A stretch of 64,000 nt of DNA from Macrostomum lignano (lineage: Eukaryota), in NCBI GenBank assembly GCA_002269645.1, contig NIVC01002642.1:1-64000 (forward strand), written 5' to 3'. This document shows positions 11,169 through 25,110 of the stretch, one piece after another. How positions within the stretch are numbered: the first letter of the stretch is position 1; every line of letters starts with the position of its first letter. The notes beneath the pieces are model-generated. The model had not been told where the DNA came from. It did not search any database and saw only the letters and a list, made by a program, of their open reading frames with translations. The translations under genes and the position numbers were made by a program.

Positions 11169-14100
11169 TCAAGCCATCGCGGCCAGTGCCGAGCGACTGT
11201 TCCGCTCGCTGAACTCGTTTTTCAGCAGCTCAAAGGTGGCCACCATGATGGCCGAGGCTGGCACCACCTTCAGCAGGCGGGGCACCAGCCCGGCGTACAG
11301 GGCCCGATGACCGCCGCGGCTGTGGCCGCTGCTGCCAGTCATCAGCAGGCGCATAGAGTCCACGGTGCCCGGCGTTCTGCGGACTCCGCCAAGGCTGCCG
11401 GCAAACTCAACCTGCCTGTGGGTTTTCAACACGTCGAACGGGTGCGTCGTCAGGCCGGCCACTGCGCCCGCGACGCAGCCGAAGGCCGCCGCCTCTGGCC
11501 CGGTGAGGATCGGAGAGGCAGCGGCGGTGGACGAGGTGGAAGCAGTGCGGAGACGGCGGCTCAGCCCCGCTTGCTGCTGAGATTCACGGGCCTGAGGTAT
11601 GGGAACAGTGAAACACAGTTTGTGAGTTGTGCCAAATAATTCACCGAGTCAACCAGACAGTGGTGAGTCAGGGTCATAAAGTCAGTGAGTGAACTCAAGA
11701 TGCCCCTAAGTGACTCAGTGAACTCAAGAAGTCATGGAGTGTTTGACATGGAATGAGTCAGAGTCAAAGTCAACGAGCCAACACGCGAGTAAACAAGTCA
11801 GTCAATGAGTCAGAGAATGAGACGGCAAGTCAGTCAATGAGTCAGAGAATGAGACGGCAAGTCAGTCAATGAGTCAGAGAATGAGACGGCAAGTCAGTCA
11901 ATGAGTCAGAGAATGAGACGACAAGTCAGTCAATGAGTCAGAGAATGAGACGGCAAGTCAGTCAATGAGTCAGAGAATGAGACGGCAAGTCAGTCAATGA
12001 GTCAGAGAATGAGACGGCAAGTCAGTCAATGAGTCAGAGAATGAGACGACAAGTCAGTCAATGAGTCAGAGAATGAGACGGCAAGTCAGTCAATGAGTCA
12101 GAGAATGAGACGGCAAGTCAGTCAATGAGTCAGAGAATGAGACGGCAAGTCAGTCAATGAGTCAGAGAATGAGACGGCAAGTCAGTCAATGAGTCAGAGA
12201 ATGAGACGGCAAGTCAGTCAATGAGTCAGAGAATGAGACGGCAAGTCAATGAGTCAGAGAATGAGACGGCAAGTCAATGAGTCAGAGAATGAGACGGCAA
12301 GTCGGTCAATGAGTCAGAGAATGAGACGGCAAGTCGGTCAATGAGTCAGAGAATGAGACGGCAAGTCGGTCAATGAGTCAGAGAATGAGACGGCAAGTCG
12401 GTCAATGAGTCAGAGAATGAGACGGCAAATCAATGAGTCAGATAATGAGACGGCAAGTCAATGAGTCAGAGAATGAGACAGCAAGTCAGTTAATGAGTCA
12501 GAGAATGAGACGGCAAGTCAGTCAATGAGTCAGGCTTACCTGAGCCTTGGCAGCCAGCAGCCGGGCCCGCATGCCGTCATAGGTGAACCAGTAGATGGCA
12601 GAGAAGGGCACGTCTCGCATAAGAGTTGGCGGCAGTCCTCGCCACAGGCTGAGCAGGCCAGACCGGCCAACCTCAAGGGAGGCGGCCCGGCCAATAGCGG
12701 TCCAGTTGAGGCCTTCGGCCTGCATCTTGGTGCGGGCCAGCTCCAGCGGGGACAGGCACAGCACGGCCGTAACTCGGGCGGCGCCGGCGGCAAGCGGCGG
12801 TACCCAGTCTTTGTTCTTAGAAATTTCGCCAGATTTGCATAGCAACGGCCGATAGCCCAGATGCCATTTGAGTAGATCAAGCGTAGTGAAGTAGATAACA
12901 GTGCCGGGCACTGTCAGAGCCAAGCTGGCTGACAGGCCGCGCCACAGGGCTAGCAGGCCCTCCGACCTGGCTATCCTCAGCGCGGCATCCTTGAAATTGG
13001 AGTTGAGAGTTAATAGCTGGTAAGGAATTATTGCGGGTAGTATGGGGAATGCGGGAGCTAGGAACCAGAGGACGAATTGCAAACAGGAGAATCCAGGACA
13101 CGAACTGCAGACAAGATAATGGGGCACAGGATGAGCCAGAGGACGAACTGCAAACAGGAGAATCCAGGACACGAACTGCAGACAAGATAATGGGGCACAG
13201 GATGAGCCAGAGGACGAATTGCAAACAGGAGAATCCAGGACACGAACTGCAGACGGGATAATGGGGCACAGGAGGAACCAGAGGACGAATTGCAAACAGG
13301 AGAATCCAGGACACGAACTGCAGACAAGATAATGGGGCACAGGATGAGCCAGAGGACGAATTGCAAACAGGAGAATCCAGGACACGAACTGCAGACAAGA
13401 TAATGGGGCACAGGATGAGCCAGAGGACGAACTGCAAACAGGAGAATCCAGGACACGAACTGCAGACAAGATAATGGGGCACAGGATGAGCCAGAGGACG
13501 AATTGCAAACAGGAGAATCCAGGACACGAACTGCAGACGGGATAATGGGGCACAGGAGGAACCAGAGGACGAATTGCAAACAGGAGAATCCAGGACACGA
13601 ACTGCAGACAAGATAATGGGGCACAGGATGAGCCAGAGGACGAATTGCAAACAGGAGAATCCAGGATACGAACTGCAGACAAGATAATGGGGCACAGGAT
13701 GAGCCAGAGGACGAATTGCAAACAGGGAATCCAGGACACGAACTGCAGACGGGATAATGGGGCACAGGAGGAACCAGAGGACGAATTGCAAACAGGAGAA
13801 TCCAGGACACGAACTGCAGACAAGATAATGGGGCACAGGAGGAGCCAGAGGACGAATTGCAAACAGGAGAATCCAGGACACGAACTGCAGACGGGATATT
13901 GGGGCACAGGATGAGCCAGAGGACGAATTGCAAACAGGAGAATCCAGGACACGAACTGCAGACAAGATAATGGGGCACAGGATGAGCCAGAGGACGAATT
14001 GCAAACAGGGAATCCAGGACACGAACTGCAGACAAGATAATGGGGCACAGGATGAGCCAGAGGACGAATTGCAAACAGGAGAATCCAGGACACGAACTGC

Positions 14101-17100
14101 AGACAAGATAATGGGGCACAGGAGGAGCCAGAGGACGAATTGCAAACAGGAGAATCCAGGACACGAACTGCAGACAAGATAATGGGGCACAGGATGAGCC
14201 AGAGGACGAATTGCAAACAGGAGAATCCAGGACACGAACTGCAGACGGGATAATGGGGCACAGGAGGAACCAGAGGACGAATTGCAAACAGGAGAATCCA
14301 GGACACAAACTGCAGACAAGATAATGGGGCACAGGAGGAACCAGAGGACGAATTGCAAACAGGAGAATCCAGGACACGAACTGCAGACGGGATAATGGGG
14401 CACAGGATGAGCCAGAGGACGAATTGCAAACAGGAGAATCCAGGACACGAACTGCAGACAAGATAATGGGGCACAGGAGGAACCAGAGGACGAATTGCAA
14501 ACAGGAGAATCCAGGACACGAACTGCAGACAAGATAATGGGGCACAGGAGGAACCAGAGGACGAATTGCAAACAGGAGAATCCAGGACACGAACTGCAGA
14601 CGGGATAATGGGGCACAGGAGGAGCCAGAGGACGAATTGCAAACAGGAGAATCCAGGACACGAACTGCAGACGGATAATGGGGCACAGGATGAGCCAGAG
14701 GACGAATTGCAAACAGGAGAATCCAGGACACGAACTGCAGACAAGATAATGGGGCACAGGAGGAACCAGAGGACGAATTGCAAACAGGAGAATCCAGGAC
14801 ACGAACTGCAGACAAGATAATGGGGCACAGGAGGAACCAGAGGACGAATTGCAAACAGGAGAATCCAGGACACGAACTGCAGACAAGATAATGGGGCACA
14901 GGATGAGCCAGAGGACGAATTGCAAACAGGAGAATCCAGGACACGAACTGCAGACAAGATAATGGGGCACAGGATGAGCCAGAGGACGAATTGCAAACAG
15001 GAGAATCCAGGACACGAACTGCAGACGGGATAATGGGGCACAGGATGAGCCAGAGGACGAATTGCAAACAGGAGAATCCAGGACACGAACTGCAGACAAG
15101 ATAATGGGGCACAGGAGGAGCCAGAGGACGAATTGCAAACAGGAGAATCCAGGACACGAACTGCAGACGGGATAATGGGGCACAGGATGAGCCAGAGGAC
15201 GAATTGCAAACAGGAGAATCCAGGACACGAACTGCAGACGGGATAATGGGGCACAGGATGAGCCAGAGGACGAATTGCAAACAGGAGAATCCAGGACACG
15301 AACTGCAGACGGGATAATGGGGCACAGGAGGAACCAGAGGACGAATTGCAAACAGGAGAATCCAGGACACGAACACGAACTGCAGACAAGATAATGGGGC
15401 ACAGGATGAGCCAGAGGACGAATTGCAAACAGGGAATCCAGGACACGAACTGCAGACGGGATAATGGGGCACAGGAGGAACCAGAGGACGAACTGCAAAC
15501 AGGAGAATCCAGGACACGAACTGCAGACAAGATATTGGGGCACAGGAGGAGCCAGAGGACGAACTGCAAACAGGAGAATCCAGGACACGAACTGCAGACA
15601 AGATAATGGGGCACAGGAGGAACCAGAGGACGAATTGCAAACAGGAGAATCCAGGACACGAACTGCAGACAAGATAATGGGGCACAGGATGAGCCAGAGG
15701 ACGAATTGCAAACAGGAGAATCCAGGACACGAACTGCAGACAAGATATTGGGGCACAGGAGGAACCAGAGGACGAACTGCAAACAGGAGAATCCAGGACA
15801 CGAACTGCAGACAAGATATTGGGGCACAGGAGGAGCCAGAGGACGAACTGCAAACAGGAGAATCCAGGACACGAACTGTAGACAAGATAATGGGGCACAG
15901 GATGAGCCAGAGGACGAATTGCAAACAGGAGAATCCAGGACACGAACTGCAGACGGGATAATGGGGCACAGGATGAGCCAGAGGACGAATTGCAAACAGG
16001 AGAATCCAGGACACGAACTGCAGACAAGATAATGGGGCACAGGATGAGCCAGAGGACGAATTGCAAACAGGAGAATCCAGGACACGAACTGCAGACGGGA
16101 TAATGGGGCACAGGATGAGCCAGAGGACGAATTGCAAACAGGAGAATCCAGGACACGAACTGCAGACAAGATAATGGGGCACAGGAGGAACCAGAGGACG
16201 AATTGCAAACAGGAGAATCCAGGACACGAACTGCAGACGGGATAATGGGGCACAGGATGAGCCAGAGGACGAATTGCAAACAGGAGAATCCAGGACACGA
16301 ACTGCAGACGGGATAATGGGGCACAGGATGAGCCAGAGGACGAATTGCAAACAGGAGAATCCAGGACACGAACTGCAGACGGGATAATGGGGCACAGGAT
16401 GAGCCAGAGGACGAATTGCAAACAGGAGAATCCAGGACACGAACTGCAGACAAGATAATGGGGCACAGGAGGAACCAGAGGACGAATTGCAAACAGGAGA
16501 ATCCAGGACACGAACTGCAGACGGGATAATGGGGCACAGGAGGAGCCAGAGGACGAATTGCAAACAGGAGAATCCAGGACACGAACTGCAGACGGGATAA
16601 TGGGGCACAGGATGAGCCAGAGGACGAATTGCAAACAGGAGAATCCAGGACACGAACTGCAGACAAGATAATGGGGCACAGGAGGAGCCAGAGGACGAAT
16701 TGCAAACAGGAGAATCCAGGACACGAACTGCAGACGGGATAATGGGGCACAGGATGAGCCAGAGGACGAATTGCAAACAGGAGAATCCAGGACACGAACT
16801 GCAGACGGGATAATGGGGCACAGGAGGAGCCAGAGGACGAATTGCAAACAGGAGAATCCAGGACACGAACTGCAGACGGGATAATGGGGCACAGGATGAG
16901 CCAGAGGACGAATTGCAAACAGGAGAATCCAGGACACGAACTGCAGACGGGATAATGGGGCACAGGATGAGCCAGAGGACGAATTGCAAACAGGAGAATC
17001 CAGGACACGAACACGAACTGCAGACAAGATAATGGGGCACAGGATGAGCCAGAGGACGAATTGCAAACAGGGAATCCAGGACACGAACTGCAGACGGGAT

Positions 17101-20100
17101 AATGGGGCACAGGAGGAACCAGAGGACGAATTGCAAACAGGAGAATCCAGGACACGAACTGCAGACAAGATAATGGGGCACAGGATGAGCCAGAGGACGA
17201 ATTGCAAACAGGAGAATCCAGGACACGAACTGCAGACAAGATATTGGGGCACAGGAGGAACCAGAGGACGAACTGCAAACAGGAGAATCCAGGACACGAA
17301 CTGCAGACAAGATATTGGGGCACAGGAGGAGCCAGAGGACGAACTGCAAACAGGAGAATCCAGGACACGAACTGCAGACAAGATATTGGGGCACAGGAGG
17401 AACCAGAGGACGAATTGCAAACAGGGAATCCAGGACACGAACTGCAGACAAGATAATGGGGCACAGGATGAGCCAGAGGACGAATTGCAAACAGGAGAAT
17501 CCAGGACACGAACTGCAGACAAGATAATGGGGCACAGGAGGAACCAGAGGACGAATTGCAAACAGGAGAATCCAGGACACGAACTGCAGACAAGATAATG
17601 GGGCACAGGATGAGCCAGAGGACGAATTGCAAACAGGAGAATCCAGGACACGAACTGCAGACGGGATAATGGGGCACAGGAGGAACCAGAGGACGAATTG
17701 CAAACAGGAGAATCCAGGACACGAACTGCAGACGGGATAATGGGGCACAGGATGAGCCAGAGGACGAATTGCAAACAGGAGAATCCAGGACACGAACTGC
17801 AGACGGGATAATGGGGCACAGGATGAGCCAGAGGACGAATTGCAAACAGGAGAATCCAGGACACGAACTGCAGACGGGATAATGGGGCACAGGAGGAACC
17901 AGAGGACGAATTGCAAACAGGAGAATCCAGGACACGAACACGAACTGCAGACAAGATAATGGGGCACAGGATGAGCCAGAGGACGAATTGCAAACAGGGA
18001 ATCCAGGACACGAACTGCAGACGGGATAATGGGGCACAGGAGGAACCAGAGGACGAATTGCAAACAGGAGAATCCAGGACACGAACTGCAGACGGGATAA
18101 TGGGGCACAGGATGAGCCAGAGGACGAATTGCAAACAGGAGAATCCAGGACACGAACTGCAGACGGGATAATGGGGCACAGGAGGAACCAGAGGACGAAT
18201 TGCAAACAGGAGAATCCAGGACACGAACACGAACTGCAGACAAGATAATGGGGCACAGGATGAGCCAGAGGACGAATTGCAAACAGGGAATCCAGGACAC
18301 GAACTGCAGACGGGATAATGGGGCACAGGAGGAACCAGAGGACGAACTGCAAACAGGAGAATCCAGGACACGAACTGCAGACAAGATAATGGGGCACAGG
18401 AGGAGCCAGAGGACGAACTGCAAACAGGAGAATCCAGGACACGAACTGCAGACAAGATAATGGGGCACAGGAGGAACCAGAGGACGAATTGCAAACAGGA
18501 GAATCCAGGACACGAACTGCAGACAAGATAATGGGGCACAGGATGAGCCAGAGGACGAATTGCAAACAGGGAATCCAGGACACGAACTGCAGACGGGATA
18601 ATGGGGCACAGGAGGAACCAGAGGACGAACTGCAAACAGGAGAATCCAGGACACGAACTGCAGACGGGATAATGGGGCACAGGAGGAGCCAGAGGACGAA
18701 CTGCAAACAGGAGAATCCAGGACACGAACTGCAGACAAGATAATGGGGCACAGGAGGAACCAGAGGACGAATTGCAAACAGGAGAATCCAGGACACGAAC
18801 TGCAGACAAGATAATGGGGCACAGGAGGAACCAGAGGACGAATTGCAAACAGGAGAATCCAGGACACGAACTGCAGACAAGATATTGGGGCACAGGAGGA
18901 ACCAGAGGACGAACTGCAAACAGGAGAATCCAGGACACGAACTGCAGACAAGATATTGGGGCACAGGAGGAGCCAGAGGACGAACTGCAAACAGGAGAAT
19001 CCAGGACACGAACTGTAGACAAGATATTGGGGCACAGGATGAGCCAGAGGACGAATTGCAAACAGGAGAATCCAGGACACGAACTGCAGACGGGATAATG
19101 GGGCACAGGATGAGCCAGAGGACGAATTGCAAACAGGAGAATCCAGGACACGAACTGCAGACAAGATAATGGGGCACAGGATGAGCCAGAGGACGAATTG
19201 CAAACAGGAGAATCCAGGACACGAACTGCAGACGGGATAATGGGGCGCAGGATGAGCCAGAGGACGAATTGCAAACAGGAGAATCCAGGACACGAACTGC
19301 AGACAAGATAATGGGGCACAGGAGGAGCCAGAGGACGAATTGCAAACAGGAGAATCCAGGACACGAACTGCAGACGGGATAATGGGGCACAGGATGAGCC
19401 AGAGGACGAATTGCAAACAGGAGAATCCAGGACACGAACTGCAGACGGGATAATGGGGCACAGGATGAGCCAGAGGACGAATTGCAAACAGGAGAATCCA
19501 GGACACGAACTGCAGACGGGATAATGGGGCACAGGATGAGCCAGAGGACGAATTGCAAACAGGAGAATCCAGGACACGAACTGCAGACAAGATAATGGGG
19601 CACAGGAGGAACCAGAGGACGAATTGCAAACAGGAGAATCCAGGACACGAACTGCAGACAAGATAATGGGGCACAGGAGGAGCCAGAGGACGAATTGCAA
19701 ACAGGAGAATCCAGGACACGAACTGCAGACGGGATAATGGGGCACAGGATGAGCCAGAGGACGAATTGCAAACAGGAGAATCCAGGACACGAACTGCAGA
19801 CAAGATAATGGGGCACAGGAGGAGCCAGAGGACGAATTGCAAACAGGAGAATCCAGGACACGAACTGCAGACGGGATAATGGGGCACAGGATGAGCCAGA
19901 GGACGAATTGCAAACAGGAGAATCCAGGACACGAACTGCAGACGGGATAATGGGGCACAGGAGGAGCCAGAGGACGAATTGCAAACAGGAGAATCCAGGA
20001 CACGAACTGCAGACAAGATATTGGGGCACAGGAGGAACCAGAGGACGAACTGCAAACAGGAGAATCCAGGACACGAACTGCAGACAAGATATTGGGGCAC

Positions 20101-20666
20101 AGGAGGAGCCAGAGGACGAACTGCAAACAGGAGAATCCAGGACACGAACTGCAGACAAGATAATGGGAGCACACGAACTGCAGAGATAATGACAGAACCG
20201 TTTTCTTCTGCTACAGAAATCAGAATACGAGTAACCAAATCAGCAGAGAGCCGCTCACCCAGCTGCCCTGATAAGCGGAGCTAGTGTTGTACTGATGCCG
20301 ACAGAAATTAGGCACCATCCGAGTCTCCCTGGTTGCGCAGGCCGAGGACCGGGCACTGTGGTAGGCATTGACTGCGCACAGCTGCAAATCCATAAGGCCA
20401 TTGCAGTATAGAAAGCAGCGACTAGCGGCGGAGCCGGTCACAGCGCCCGGTCTGGTCTGAGCCTGCAGTCGAGTTTTAACAACATCAAATGGCGTCATGG
20501 TAACTGCAGTTAGCAGCCCGCCTAGAGACGAAGCGGCGATGCGCTGCGGCACCGTCAGGTTGCTGTGCGAGTCGCCCGGCTCTATGAGGGCGTCTGCTTC
20601 ATGAACAGAGTGAGACAGGTCTGGTGGCATTCTAGATGTACTTTTATGTAGATCTGTAGGGTGCAT
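11169..20666 (-). CDS. SLC25A40: Mitochondrial carrier, SLC25A39/SLC25A40 subfamily; exons 20666-20259, 13016-12540, 11591-11169
   Basis: Three Px[DE]xx[KR] carrier motifs (PFDVVK, PLELAR, PFDVLK), the subfamily-typical CFLYCNGLMD loop, and LWRGLPPTLMRDVPFSAIYW. All junctions are GT-AG phase 0; the 1308 nt total is in frame. Orthology to A39 versus A40 cannot be resolved, and the start may be the later Met (MPPDL). Confidence 0.92.
11794..12532. repeat. 32-bp minisatellite (AAGTCAGTCAATGAGTCAGAGAATGAGACGGC)n in SLC25 intron 2
   Basis: About 23 units, some with 4-bp deletions; begins ~7 nt from the splice donor. Confidence 0.95.
13060..20190. repeat. 71-bp satellite, ~100 copies, in SLC25 intron 1
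   Basis: Unit GAGCCAGAGGACGAATTGCAAACAGGAGAATCCAGGACACGAACTGCAGACAAGATAATGGGGCACAGGAT. A 71-nt period explains the 71-aa repeats seen in all three minus frames. Confidence 0.97.
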
Positions 20667-23600
20667 TTTCTAAGAGTACTTATTGCCAGCAGTAACTGGC
20701 AATCTGCACCTGACTAGACACATGCAGTAGAAAAACAAGGCGAAAGAAAGTATATGAATGTTGCAAGCTATATCTAGACTTACATGTATAAAGGTGTAAT
20801 TTTTTTTAAGTCTACAAAGACATGATCTTGACTAGAATCTCCACAAGATCATCCATACACTAAACTGACTTAGTTTTAGAGATTTCTAATTTCTCAATAT
20901 TGAAGATTCAAAACTTTGATCATGAAATTGGCTTTGCTTAAAACTATTTTTTTACTTTTGATTGCTAGGAAATCATCAACTTCTATAGAATACAATTATC
21001 CTTTAATTTGCTTCAGAGTTATAGATAAAAAAGCAATAATAAACAATGGTTGTATGTGTATGTGCAGGTAGATAGCCAGCCATGGTTTTGGTAGCGCATT
21101 GTGATAATTGAGTTGCATGACTACTTGTTTTGAGTCTATTGCATCTACCTATATGAACTAACTGACCATTAAGTCTACCTATCTGACTGATAGTCAGACT
21201 GTGCCAGAGACAAATATTTCAAGCCATGTCATTCTATGCCCATTTGCATTGCAATTTTCAAAGATTGCATTCTACCTTTGGCAAAATTACATTCTGCCTT
21301 TGGCAAAATTACATTCTGCCTTTGGCAAAATATGATTTTTTTATTAAGGGAAAATTATATCTTGAAACTAGAACCCAACCTAGATAAATTTTGGGCCTAG
21401 TTTTAGAAGATTCAGAAAAAAGATTATTCCATTTTCTTAGCAATGCAAATAGAAGTGAGGTTCAATAAAACATGTGAAAATGTATATTTAAATAGCATTG
21501 GTTTTTTAGAAAATATTAATTAAACAAAATTTCATAGCAAAATTGAATTCCGAGGATTAACTTGGCTGCCTTTGCCATATAAAAATTTCTTTTTAAAAGT
21601 CAATAATGAATTAGGCCTAATAATGAAACTAATTAGCATATATTAGTATTAAATGAAAGGTAACTTTTTATCTTTAAAGATTTATTAAGGTAAATATTAA
21701 CAAAATATTTAAAAAACCCTAAATGGTAATTTTTATTCTTTAAAATATAATAAATTGTGAGGTATAACTAATTAGCAATTGTTTTGATTTTCTAGATATT
21801 TAGTTTTAAAGCAATTTTTTGTTCAAGTTTAAGAGATTTTATTCTATTTGGCAATATATTTACCATTGCTAGTTTTTTATACTAAAGCCAAAGGTCCAAT
21901 TTTTGGATGCAATTTGGAAATTCAGGATATTATTTACTAATTTAGCTAATAATATGGCATCCTTATTGCATTAAAAACCTAAAAAACCTAGTACAAGCTA
22001 TAGTGTTCTGCCATCATAATGGTTACGATTTATGGTATAGGCCCTATAATAGGAGTGGCACTGTTATAGCTATATTTTCATTATGGATTACAGCTATAGC
22101 AATTTTTTTAGCTTACAACTTCAGTTACAAATTATGACAAATTTCCAGACTTTGTCAATGCCAATGGTTATCTGTAATATAATGAAAATTGTTAGTGTTG
22201 AGTATAAAATTAAAAAACCCTTTAGTGTATATATTATAATTTTCCATATAAAAGCTATTTTTTTATATTATGCTATGGCTAGGCCTATGGCAAGTTATGT
22301 TTATATACATTTTTAGCCCCATAATGATGGGAAAATTTGGCTAGGCCTATGGAAGTTGCCTATTTCTTATGGCTAGGCCTATGGTTATGGCAATTGAAAC
22401 TTGCAGTGGTAGAACATTGAAGAAGTATGAAGAAGATGGAAGATGCTATGCTAATACTATAATTATGGACGGTTTACCCACTGATTGTTAAGCCAAGGAT
22501 AAAATGCTTCTAGCCTAAGCCTACTTGTATATTAAAAATCTATTTATTAAGTGAGTGTCAGTGAATAAAGTAGCAGACAATACAAAAAGTAAAAAGCATA
22601 GGCCCCTGCAGCCTCTATAAAAACGAATTCACTCACTTATATGGCTGTTATCTGTAAGACAGGTAGACAGGAAGTGGAAGACAGAAGACTGTCAGAACGA
22701 GAAACTGGAAGACCAGAAGACTGGATAAGTGGAGGAACATATAATTATAAGACATTATCTAAACTAATTAAGTTTTTATTTAATAGGCCTAGTCTAAAGT
22801 ATAATTTGAAACATAATTGAAATATCTAACTACGACGGACAATAATATTAATGAGCAATACGATACGGCCCATCCCATCCCAGCATTGTGACATTGCAGT
22901 GTCATTAAGAAACGACAATTAAAAATTAAAAAAACTATCGATTTTTGTCTTTATATCTGAAGACATGAAATTTTTACAAATATCATGTCAACAATGATTT
23001 AAAATCAATACCAAACAAGTAATTAAACCAAAAGAGTAAATAATCACTCCTCCATTTGCTTTATCAAAGTTTACCTGCTGCGATAAAAACCATGGAAAAC
23101 ATGGCGCGCAAAAAATTTTGTTTTAAAAGCTAAAAATCCGAAAATTAATCGTTTTGATAGATTCGGCCTTCTAAAGTCTTTGCTCGAAAGCTTCTCTTCA
23201 GATCTCAAAGTGCAGACACTAATCGTTTAGCGCTGTGGCCTCCCACGTCACTCCTTTAAGATGGTTTACATTTTAAGATCTCTATATCGCATAACGCTGA
23301 ATGGGGTTTTGTTTTGAACAGACAGCTTCGGTCGAATGAAATCCGCGCTAGAAAAGTTCGATTTACTTATTTCCTTAGAGCGTACTTAGTACTTAGTACA
23401 CGTCACATAGGACAAATATACCGTAGTATAACGTCCACCAGCTCGTTCTAAGTAAAACCAAGAGCTGCGTCTTTAAATACTTCAATTCTACTGAAATCTG
23501 TCAACTTCAGCAGTTGTACTATATACATTTTAAACTCCCAGAAAATGCATGTACTTGCTCGCTTTGGCCTGAAATCTGTCAACTCATCGAATCGGAAGAT

Positions 23601-23744
23601 AGCTGCTGATACTACAATATAGCTAATATCATGGTCGAGACTTCAAGATCTGACTGACGGATGTATTTATAAGTTCTCAACGATTGATTTGAACTTCTGC
23701 CTCAAAATTCAGCACATGAAAGCTTGCATGTAATTACTACTAAT

Positions 23745-24085
<341 letters not shown>

Positions 24086-24156
24086 AAATAGGCAACAAGT
24101 TGCTAGCTCGTACCAGCTAGGAATACCTCCCTATACGCTTTGCTTTTTTCAGCTGC

Positions 24157-25110
24157 TTATTTCCTGCTAAAACGGCTACTAAAAAGCAAGGAGCGACGAA
24201 AATTCGGCAAAAAGATAAGAAAAACAACTGGATTTACTGCCAAGTTCATGCTGCTCAAAAAAGGATCGAAACAGCGTCATTGCCGTGAAGTTAGGTTCCA
24301 TTACTACGTAGCCAGTGATGTACAGGACTCCAAGAAGGGTCTTTGGAGCAAGCAGAATCACAAACAGACCGGATGTGACTCCTATGATGATGGTGAGTCG
24401 CTTGGCAGCCGCACTGGCAGCCTTGTTCGCCTCCTGCTGTCCGCTCTGAGCAGACGAGCGCCGCATGGAAACCAGAATGGCAGAGTAGAGCGACAGCATT
24501 GCGACAAACGGCAGAGCCCACACCAGCAGAGCGTACAGCAGCTCGAGCAGCAGATCAGCTAGTCGAGGAAGGCCGAACGGAGTGCACATGGAGACCAGCA
24601 GCCGAGTCCCGTTGACGCCCGGCACTTCCAGCTTTGCAGGCCGATGCTTCAGAGCAGTGTGCGGCAACTGGCCAGGAACGGCGCTATCGTCACTGCGGTG
24701 AAGCTCGCGGCCAGAATGCGCTTTCCGTTGCGCTTGTACCAGAACGGCAGCGTCAGGCACAAGCAGCGCTCCACCGACAGCGCCACCAGGTTGTACACGC
24801 TCATCACCAGCACAGTGTAGTAGGCGAGGTGGCCGAACACCACAGAGCAGTACAGGTCCCACTCGATTGAGCTGGCCGATGCGGAGGGGAAATCGAACAG
24901 CACGTACTGGTGACTCAGCACGTCCACAATGAGCACGAGAGTGTCGAGCACGCACTGGACTCTGAGCATGACGGTGCTGAGCCGAGTGCCGACCTTGTGT
25001 CTGATGGTGAAGGCCAGCAGCAGGAGGTTCAGGGCCGCGCCGACCGCCTCGCAGACCGTCTGCACCGTCTTGAACAGGCCAATATCCGGAACTACAGCCC
25101 CTGTGTTCAT
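24157..25110 (-). pseudogene. Class A (rhodopsin-like) GPCR, copy A, intronless, 2 frameshifts (~24670 and ~24260)
   Basis: Seven hydrophobic segments across ORFs 24649..25110 and 24179..24955. TM3 reads VALSVERCLCLTLPF. After the second shift, SSMNLAVNPVVF (TM7) runs to a TAA at 24157. It lacks one A relative to copy B (GCC AG TTG vs GCC AAG TTG). Confidence 0.8.

Noticed and set aside
13060-20190. 71-bp unit as a tRNA/SINE array or CRISPR-like locus
   Set aside because: No unique spacers, no cas genes, no cloverleaf, and only a poor B-box resemblance (GTTCGTGTC).
12522-20238. Three 2300-2550-aa ORFs as giant Cys/hydrophobic repeat proteins
   Set aside because: They are the three minus frames of a stop-free 71-bp satellite inside SLC25 intron 1. 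Indel variants swap the frames freely, so there is no sign of coding constraint.
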